Shown: positions 57,108-64,000 of the stretch, in pieces | How positions within the stretch are numbered: the stretch's first letter is position 1 | How the letters are laid out: the number at the start of each line of letters is the position of its first letter | Notes under the pieces: generated by a model | Database searches by the model: none | Told to the model about the DNA's origin: nothing | The model's input: the letters and a program-made list of their open reading frames with translations, nothing else | NCBI GenBank assembly: GCA_032251435.1 | Contig: JAVVEH010000016.1 | Location: 14,035 to 78,034, forward strand | Length of the DNA stretch: 64,000 bases | Direction of reading: 5' to 3' | Source: Lentisphaeria bacterium | GTDB taxonomy: Bacteria; Verrucomicrobiota; Lentisphaeria; Oligosphaerales; MVZH01 | Position numbers and translations under genes: made by a program

Positions 57108-58677
57108 TTTCAGCGTTGGTTGATTGGGTCATCTTAAGAAAACCATGTCGCGCTTTATGCCCGAAATATACAAATTCCGCTCGTCTGTGGAACACCAAAA
57201 ATAGACTGATATAAAAGATGCTGACACAAATCACACTTTTCGTGAAGACATTTAAAAGAGGCGAAAGGCTAACGTGCCCGCATGCCAAGGCGCTGAGCCC
57301 CGCGGCGCATAAAAGAAAGACACCTTGCAGCGCATAGGTCAGATAATACTTTATGGGGTTGCCATTGAACCCCCGCTTAAAAACAATAATCGGAAAATAC
57401 CACCAGTTCGTTAGAAATCTGGCGATTGCCGTGGCCAGAAGGATGCCGAAAAGGCCCAGTTTTTTCCCAAGTAAAAAAGACAAAAACAGGTTGATAAAAG
57501 CGGTCAGCAACAGGACATATCGGCCATATTTGAATAAGCCAAGTGACTCTTTGAATGTGCCGACGACATTTTGCATGCCGACCATATAAAAATTAAGGGC
57601 CAAAACAGCCACCACGTTCGCCGGGATAAGGTACTCCTCGCCAAAAAGCAGTTTGATCAAGTCATTGGCGACAATGAGAATGCCGACTGTTCCACATCCG
57701 TAAAAAGCGAAAAGAAGGAAGTGGATATGAAAAAAAAGACGCTGTGTGTTTTCCTTTTTTTCGACCGCATTAAAATTGCCAATGCCAGCTTTTAGGGAGA
57801 TTAACAATTTGCTGATCAGACTGTTAAGCGTGTTGGCGAGCAGCAGGTAGTTGGACAACAACCCGACAGCCGCCACATTGATTAAATTGGAGATGATCAG
57901 GCTGTCGGTACTGTTGACAAGCACCCCCGACAATTTAGCGACTGACAAAGCCCAGACATCTTTGAAAAGCTTTTTCTTTTCCGCCTTGTCCAATGTGTCC
58001 ACCGGGTCGACAGGAATAAAACCATAGTGTTTTTTCACCACTAGCGACAACCAGAAAAAGTAGCATATGGTGCCAAAAGTCTGGATGTAAAGATAGTACA
58101 AGTAATTTTTCGTAACTATCAAAACCGCGATTTGAAAGAGGCTTTGTAATGTCGTTATCAGATAACTCGCGCCAACGACAATGTAGTCCTTCTGGGCGGC
58201 TCGCAAAAGCGATATTTTATGGCTGAAAAAGTAGGAAAAAACTGAATTAAACAAGAAAAACAGGTAAATAAGCGCCAGATCTTCCTTAATGTCCGGCGGC
58301 TCGCTGATGATCTTGTTTAGAAACGGGATGAGGGCCAGCCCCATCCCGGCGACAATCAAGCCGATGACTTTATAGATGCCCGCGTAGAATGTCATCAAAA
58401 CGGCGATTCTTTTCCGGTCGCCTCTGGCAAGTGGTTCATAAAGCGAATAGGTGATCACGCTGCCGATGCCGAGCTCAGTCAGGGAAAGCATGGCGATGAT
58501 GCTGGTAAAAAGCCCGTTTACCCCCAGGTAATCAACTGTCAGGTAGTGGACAAAGACGATCCGGCAGACAAATCCCAACAAGGTATTGAAAAAATACCCG
58601 ACGACATTGGTCGCCATGTTCATGGCCGCGTAACGGGTTCTGGAATGGGATTTATTCACAAATCCGCCTTTAAACAT
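57097..58677 (-). CDS. Polysaccharide flippase (Wzx/MOP family)
   Basis: Multiple TM segments; LG.NGLF..I...LSL.ELGIG, STD.LIIS, SNY. Confidence 0.88.
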   Translation of the reverse strand: MFKGGFVNKSHSRTRYAAMNMATNVVGYFFNTLLGFVCRIVFVHYLTVDYLGVNGLFTSIIAMLSLTELGIGSVITYSLYEPLARGDRKRIAVLMTFYAGIYKVIGLIVAGMGLALIPFLNKIISEPPDIKEDLALIYLFFLFNSVFSYFFSHKISLLRAAQKDYIVVGASYLITTLQSLFQIAVLIVTKNYLYYLYIQTFGTICYFFWLSLVVKKHYGFIPVDPVDTLDKAEKKKLFKDVWALSVAKLSGVLVNSTDSLIISNLINVAAVGLLSNYLLLANTLNSLISKLLISLKAGIGNFNAVEKKENTQRLFFHIHFLLFAFYGCGTVGILIVANDLIKLLFGEEYLIPANVVAVLALNFYMVGMQNVVGTFKESLGLFKYGRYVLLLTAFINLFLSFLLGKKLGLFGILLATAIARFLTNWWYFPIIVFKRGFNGNPIKYYLTYALQGVFLLCAAGLSALACGHVSLSPLLNVFTKSVICVSIFYISLFLVFHRRAEFVYFGHKARHGFLKMTQSTNAENEK

Positions 58678-59840
58678 TTTGCGTAGGCGCGGAGCGCGAA
58701 TCCTTGGGCGAATGGCATCGGACCGGACAGCTGAGAGAAGATACCGACATCTTTGGTGTCTCCCTGGCAGTAATCGATTTTACCTGTCAGCCGTGTGACA
58801 GATTTTAATTTTTTCACACACGCGCGGGAAATGTCCAGATAGTCCTCGTGCCCGAAAATTTCATGGCAGACGCTATAAAAATAGGCTATAACGGCTGTCG
58901 CTGAACTGTCATAAGCACTATTCAAATCTTGAATAATGATTCCAAATCCCCCGTCATTCCGTTGATACCCTTTATACCCCTCCGCCGCCGATCTGATAGT
59001 GTCTTTCAGTGTCTGTTTTGTCCGCGATGAGGGCAGTTCCTGGTAAGTGTCCAGCAGAGCGATCGCATACCATCCGGTTCCCCGTCCCCAGCCGTAGACG
59101 CCAATGGGCAGTTTTGTCTTGGCATCGAAAGCGTGATTGGGCAGGAATGTGTCGCCCAGTAAACCGTGGTGATTGAAATCCATGATTTGCTTGCAGGCCA
59201 GGTCGACACAACCAGGTTTGGCGTAAATTTTGCCATATAAAGCCAAAAAGGGACAGATAAGGCCGAGCGTGTCAACATAACGAAGATTACTTCTCACGTT
59301 CGAATACGCGACCAAGCCGTCCGCGCCAATCCGCTGTTCTATTAACTCAGCGATATAGTCCATTGCCGGTTGTATCGTTTCCGGTTGTTCGGTGACTTTC
59401 AGCAACGCGTAGGCCAGCATCGCGTTATCGATATGAGCCGGTGGCTTTTTCCACATGCCGTCGCCATTTATGAAAAAATGCGCGCATTGCTCATGGAAAC
59501 AATCAGGCAGGCGTTCAGAAAATTCTCTGACACCAAGGATGAGGCCCGCGGTTTGCCAGGACTGCACACGCCCCAGACCGGACTTTCCCGTCATTTTATC
59601 CAGCAAAAGAAGACGGGTGTGATTAGAAGTCTGAACGGTGGGAGGGTTTGGCAACCAGCCGGCCGCGACGTTGAAAACGCGCTCAAACCACGTGTTGTCG
59701 TCTTTCCATCTGCCGATATGAAAACGGCAATATCTATCAATAAGCCAATGATACAGGTCAAATCCAAGCACCGGTACCGTCACCAAAAAATAAACAATCA
59801 GTATGATCCAGAGCGCGTTGTTCATGGTTATTGTTCCCAC
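58656..59840 (-). CDS. GH88/GH105-like (alpha/alpha)6 glycoside hydrolase with N-terminal membrane anchor
   Basis: YVDTLG..CPFL, WGRGTGW, DSSATA and PFAQG motifs. Confidence 0.75.
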   Translation of the reverse strand: MGTITMNNALWIILIVYFLVTVPVLGFDLYHWLIDRYCRFHIGRWKDDNTWFERVFNVAAGWLPNPPTVQTSNHTRLLLLDKMTGKSGLGRVQSWQTAGLILGVREFSERLPDCFHEQCAHFFINGDGMWKKPPAHIDNAMLAYALLKVTEQPETIQPAMDYIAELIEQRIGADGLVAYSNVRSNLRYVDTLGLICPFLALYGKIYAKPGCVDLACKQIMDFNHHGLLGDTFLPNHAFDAKTKLPIGVYGWGRGTGWYAIALLDTYQELPSSRTKQTLKDTIRSAAEGYKGYQRNDGGFGIIIQDLNSAYDSSATAVIAYFYSVCHEIFGHEDYLDISRACVKKLKSVTRLTGKIDYCQGDTKDVGIFSQLSGPMPFAQGFALRAYAKCLKADL

Positions 59841-60991
59841 CCATTCAAGGCTTCATCGAGGTAACGCTTCGCATTGAGCGCTTCCGCGCGATATCCCGGC
59901 ATTTTCTGGTTGTAGAGTTGGCTGACGCTTTCTTCATTGTCCTGAAGCCACTCAAAGGCTTCAATCAATTCATTTTCCCGAGTCATACGCTGAACGGGAA
60001 GCACATACTTGTCCGACTGGCCAAAAATATCTTTGGCAATGCCCCGCGCCTTCATGGAATAACCGATGGCGATTGTCGGCACACAGGTTGAATACGCCGC
60101 GATGGTCGAATGGGTTCTGGCTCCCATGAAAAACCGGCAACGGGAGATAAACCCTTTCAACAGCGGGCAGCTGCAGTCATCCAGAAGAATGACGCGTCGG
60201 GTGGATGAAAACCGATCCCGCAGGGGTTCCAGTGCCGCTGTGTCTTTCACAACATGCGGAATCAAGGCTATTTGATAGTCGGTTGTCTCAATGATATGCT
60301 GAATGAGTTTTTCAAAGTTTTTTATGATCAGACCCGTGTCGCCATAATCCATGACTAACGGACTCAGGTTCAAACCAACGGTTTGTTTTTCCTTAAAGCC
60401 AGATGGCAAAGAACAGTTTTCAGTTTGAAGTTGAAAGGCGGGATCTGGACATTGCTTGACTGCCGTTGTGACACCGGCTTTTTTTAAGGCGTCAAAGGTC
60501 AGGCTTTCCCTGGCGATGATCAAGTCATAGCGATTCAGGTCATCAACGCAATTTTCAATGACCTCCGGTTCAATGGAACACCCCCATAGAACCGTTTTCG
60601 CTCCCCTTTTGTGGATGAGTCGATTATAGTCCGCCAACTGCCGCACGCCCCTGTAACAATAGTTGTCACCACCGATCGACAAATACACGTCTCCCCGGTG
60701 AATGGCTTTATAAAACAATTGCCGACGGAACCGTGTGTTCAAGGTTGTTTGTCCAAACATCTTTATTTGCACAGCCGACAGTAAATATTTCACACTCTTT
60801 CGCCCCAAGGGTGTCTCGGTATCACTCTGTACGTCGACGATATGATCAAGTCCATAGTGACAATCCTGTTCGGGTGAAAATGAATACAGAACCAGGTCCC
60901 GATCAAGGATGCCGCGGGTCGCTCGAACGATCGCCTCGCATCCGTGATTACCACTGCCGGTGTGATAGTACAGTTTTATCCGTGCCTTCAT
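59828..60991 (-). CDS. Polysaccharide pyruvyl transferase family protein
   Basis: NHGCEA, GGDNY, ARES.T, DPAF, GARTH and YS.K motifs. Start at ATG 60991 overlaps the upstream stop. Confidence 0.88.
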   Translation of the reverse strand: MKARIKLYYHTGSGNHGCEAIVRATRGILDRDLVLYSFSPEQDCHYGLDHIVDVQSDTETPLGRKSVKYLLSAVQIKMFGQTTLNTRFRRQLFYKAIHRGDVYLSIGGDNYCYRGVRQLADYNRLIHKRGAKTVLWGCSIEPEVIENCVDDLNRYDLIIARESLTFDALKKAGVTTAVKQCPDPAFQLQTENCSLPSGFKEKQTVGLNLSPLVMDYGDTGLIIKNFEKLIQHIIETTDYQIALIPHVVKDTAALEPLRDRFSSTRRVILLDDCSCPLLKGFISRCRFFMGARTHSTIAAYSTCVPTIAIGYSMKARGIAKDIFGQSDKYVLPVQRMTRENELIEAFEWLQDNEESVSQLYNQKMPGYRAEALNAKRYLDEALNGWEQ

Positions 60992-61980
60992 TAACGTCCT
61001 AATCCCAGTAAATTTCTGATACGACCGGTCAGAACGGGCGCCCGGAAAAAAAAGAACAACCACAGCCTCTCTTTAGCCGGCAGGGCGGTCAAGAATGGTT
61101 TGTCCGCTATTTTTCTAGCGTTTTCCATAATTGCCTTTCGGGCGCTTTTATCCATATTTGTCCGTATCAGTTGCTGGTAATGAAAAAGACTGGAAAAACA
61201 ATAGGTTCTTTTCGCTGTCTGAACGAGCCGGGGGAAATGGCGTTCGATGTAGACGGTTCGCCGCCTTATCGCTTCAAGCCCGTCCAATCGTTGGCTCGTA
61301 TATGGCTTGCTCATGATGCTTGCCTGACGTTGACGGTAGAAGTAAAGCCGTCGCCCGGTGCGGACAATTTTTCGAGCGTTCCCGAAGACTTGGCAGGTCC
61401 AAAACTCATCCTCGTTGATCTTGCCATTTTCAAACGTAATACCGTTGACAACATCCACGGTATAGAGTTTGTTCCAGACAACCTGGCGCAAGTCTCCTCT
61501 CATCAGACTTTCCAATGCTTCTTCTGTTGAAAAGGATCGCGGGGGGGGGGAAGACAAATCCGGGCTTTCGGGAATGTCACCTTCAAAGGGAAGAAAGGCG
61601 CATTCAGCGATGTCCGCCTGATTGTTCAAAGCCAGCTCAAGCAAACGTTGCAGCATGTCGGGCGCGATACAGTCATCACTGTCCACAAAAGAAACGAAAG
61701 CCCCCCGCATCTCCGCCATGCCGGCGTTTCGCGCGTCCGATAATCCGCCGTTGTCTTTATGAATCACTCTCACGCGCTTGTCTTCACGGGCGTATCGGTC
61801 ACATATTTCCGGACAGCGGTCCGTGGAACCATCATCCACTAAAATAATCTCCAAATCTCCGTAGGTCTGATGAACAATACTGTCCAGGCATGTTGACAAG
61901 TATTTCTCAACATTGTAGACCGGCACAATGACACTGATTTTATTCACTTTCTGGAATGCTCCATTTTCGGCGGTTTCCAT
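60991..61980 (-). CDS. GT2 glycosyltransferase
   Basis: ISVIVPVYN, VDDGSTD, NGGLSDARN, FVDSDD and ED motifs. Confidence 0.93.
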   Translation of the reverse strand: METAENGAFQKVNKISVIVPVYNVEKYLSTCLDSIVHQTYGDLEIILVDDGSTDRCPEICDRYAREDKRVRVIHKDNGGLSDARNAGMAEMRGAFVSFVDSDDCIAPDMLQRLLELALNNQADIAECAFLPFEGDIPESPDLSSPPPRSFSTEEALESLMRGDLRQVVWNKLYTVDVVNGITFENGKINEDEFWTCQVFGNARKIVRTGRRLYFYRQRQASIMSKPYTSQRLDGLEAIRRRTVYIERHFPRLVQTAKRTYCFSSLFHYQQLIRTNMDKSARKAIMENARKIADKPFLTALPAKERLWLFFFFRAPVLTGRIRNLLGLGR

Positions 61981-62929
61981 AAAGTTTTTTGTGGAGGCTG
62001 TGGACAGATTGATATGCGAAAGGGAAATCCAGGAGCAGGGTTCGCAAAACCATCAACCGGAGCCCTATCGCCCGTCCCTTGCAGGATCTTAATTCCCTCT
62101 TGATCTTGGCGGAAAATCCACTTTTCTCTTCGTGGTTGGCATGAAGAGACTTGTAGATATTAAGCAGTTTTTCCGCGTAAAATGTATCCACTGCCCTCTG
62201 TAGATCCGCCTCGCCGTCCAGAGACCGTCTCACTCGCTGGGCGACCGTCAAAACGCTGTCCAGCTTCGCAAGTTCAAAGCCGTTTCGGGTGGCGGATGTT
62301 GGATTGAACATATAGCGATATTTGACCACGTCCTCGAAAACGCTGCGTCGGCAGTTTTTGAAGGCTTCCAGATTAAACAATAAATCTTCATTGATCCGGA
62401 TGCCGGCCGGATAGCGGACACCTTTGATCATGTCGCTGGAATAGAGTTTATTACATGCGCTGGGCTCAAATAATCGTCCCTGAAGTAAAGCCTTTATTCC
62501 CTGGCTTCGGCTTTGAATGACCCTTGCCGCCGTGCCGTTGACCGCCACCGTCCGGGTCGGATACACCACTTCAAACGCGCAATGAGATATATCAGCCTCG
62601 TATTGTTTCGCGTTTTTCAGCAAGAACTCCACCATGTCTGGATAAAGTTCGTCGTCGCCATCCACAAAGCCAATGTGAGAGCCATGGGCGATGTCCAGTC
62701 CCCGATTGCGCGTGTCGGAGACACCGGTATTTTTCTTGTGGATGACAACGATACGGTTATCCAGTCTCGCGAACTGGTCAATGAAGTCTCCCGTCTGGTC
62801 TGTGGATCCATCATTCACGACGATGATTTCAAGTTCCGGATAGGTCTGTTCGACGACACTCCGCAGGCATCGCTGAATAAATGGCGCGATGTTATAGGCG
62901 GGGATGATGAGGGTTATCAAATCAGGCAT
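61940..62929 (-). CDS. GT2 glycosyltransferase
   Basis: IIPAYN, VNDGSTD, FVDGDD and NED motifs. Confidence 0.93.
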   Translation of the reverse strand: MPDLITLIIPAYNIAPFIQRCLRSVVEQTYPELEIIVVNDGSTDQTGDFIDQFARLDNRIVVIHKKNTGVSDTRNRGLDIAHGSHIGFVDGDDELYPDMVEFLLKNAKQYEADISHCAFEVVYPTRTVAVNGTAARVIQSRSQGIKALLQGRLFEPSACNKLYSSDMIKGVRYPAGIRINEDLLFNLEAFKNCRRSVFEDVVKYRYMFNPTSATRNGFELAKLDSVLTVAQRVRRSLDGEADLQRAVDTFYAEKLLNIYKSLHANHEEKSGFSAKIKRELRSCKGRAIGLRLMVLRTLLLDFPFAYQSVHSLHKKLYGNRRKWSIPESE

Positions 62930-63022
62930 ATTTTTGAACTGTGATAGTCAAAATGTGATCGTCGCACAGGCGGGTTTTCAAGCGCGATTCTCCGGTTTTT
63001 CCCATCCGTGTCGCCGTGAAAG

Positions 63023-64000
63023 CTATAGATTTTCCAGCATTTCCTCGACTGCTTTGACAGTTTCAGATGTGGAAAAACGCTCTCCCCGGATTGTCGCCTG
63101 CTTCCGGTAGCGCTCAAGCAATCCCGGTTCGGAGAGGATCCGTTTTATTCCCCGGTAGACGCCTTCCTCGCTGTTTTCCACCACGAGCCCGAATTCGTCA
63201 TTTTCACCAAGCAGCTCTTTGGCGCCAGAACAGTCGGTGCTGACAACAGGAACCCCCATAATCAGAGCCTCAGTGACAGCCGTGCTGAATCCCTCCCGGC
63301 GTGACGAACAGACATACAGATCGCACTTGCTGACATACTTGTATGGATTTTTGCGGAAGCCGTGGAATGTGAAACTTTCTGAAACACCGAGTTTTTTGGC
63401 GTGCCGTTCCAGTTTTTTCAACTCACCGCCGCATCCGAAGATGTGCACGGCGTGTGGAAACCCTTCGTCAATCAACCGACTGTGCGCTTTGAGTAAACGA
63501 TCATAGCCCTTGGTCTTCATAATTTTAGCGACGGAGCAGATGTTTATCATTCCCTTCTCAAAATCGATATCCGCCGGGTCCCGCGCTTTTTTCCTAATTT
63601 GGTCGGTCTCATTGGTGTTGTAAAGAACACGATAGGGCAGATTTTCACCAATAGTCTTTTTCGCCATTGCCACAACTGTGGCGGAAACCCCAATGATCGA
63701 GTCAAACTTTCTGTAACATTCCCGCGCTTCAGCAATGCTTCGGAATCCGACCCTGGCCATGGCTTCATTATTTAGTTCGATATGCAGCCAGGCGACTTTT
63801 TTTGTGGCGGAAAACGGGCAACCAGACACGATACGAGCCGCGACCCCCTCCAAAAAGGAAATCACAATATCGTATTCATCTTTTAACATCCATTTGTAGA
63901 GGAACGCGGGTGAAAAGAACTTAAAAAAAAATGAATTTCCCCTGAATAACCACTTGAACCGATACTGATATTTAACGCCTTTATCCAGAGCGTCTTTGTT
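63023..64000 (-). CDS. GT4 glycosyltransferase (N-terminus beyond window edge)
   Basis: KGYDRL, NPYKY and SSRREGFSTAVTEA motifs. The frame stays open from 63889 to 64000. Confidence 0.9.
   Translation of the reverse strand, partial: NKDALDKGVKYQYRFKWLFRGNSFFFKFFSPAFLYKWMLKDEYDIVISFLEGVAARIVSGCPFSATKKVAWLHIELNNEAMARVGFRSIAEARECYRKFDSIIGVSATVVAMAKKTIGENLPYRVLYNTNETDQIRKKARDPADIDFEKGMINICSVAKIMKTKGYDRLLKAHSRLIDEGFPHAVHIFGCGGELKKLERHAKKLGVSESFTFHGFRKNPYKYVSKCDLYVCSSRREGFSTAVTEALIMGVPVVSTDCSGAKELLGENDEFGLVVENSEEGVYRGIKRILSEPGLLERYRKQATIRGERFSTSETVKAVEEMLENL

Overview
About 64 kb of moderately GC-rich bacterial chromosome. It most likely comes from an anaerobic PVC-superphylum organism (Lentisphaerae/Kiritimatiellae-like); this is inferred from PEP-CTERM proteins, DUF6288-type proteins, a prepilin-type N-methylation protein and a corrinoid-activation ASKHA protein. 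The left part (1-32 kb) is a repeat-riddled accessory region of secreted and carbohydrate-active genes: GH39, a truncated GH106-like gene, an M66 peptidase, SGNH/SASA esterases, two giant DUF6288-like proteins, a prepilin-like protein, two PEP-CTERM proteins with duplicated leaders, three AAA-DUF4143 ATPase genes and an AraC-TPR regulator. It also holds several REP-like palindrome families, a RAYT transposase remnant and an IS4-like MITE. The middle carries mostly housekeeping genes, tRNA-Pro with a 137-bp 3' duplication, and a third DUF6288-like protein. The best candidate for an undescribed system is a RiPP-like cluster at 45.2-54.0 kb. It encodes a 66-aa Cys/Ser/Asn-rich precursor with a WxxPxL leader, three radical SAM/SPASM enzymes (one fused to an HPr-kinase-like domain), a PqqD/RRE protein and an S24/S26 peptidase. 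These converge on an ABC exporter and a nucleotidyltransferase that sit at the end of a polysaccharide biosynthesis operon (54-64 kb). All family assignments come from motif recognition by eye; no database searches were run.
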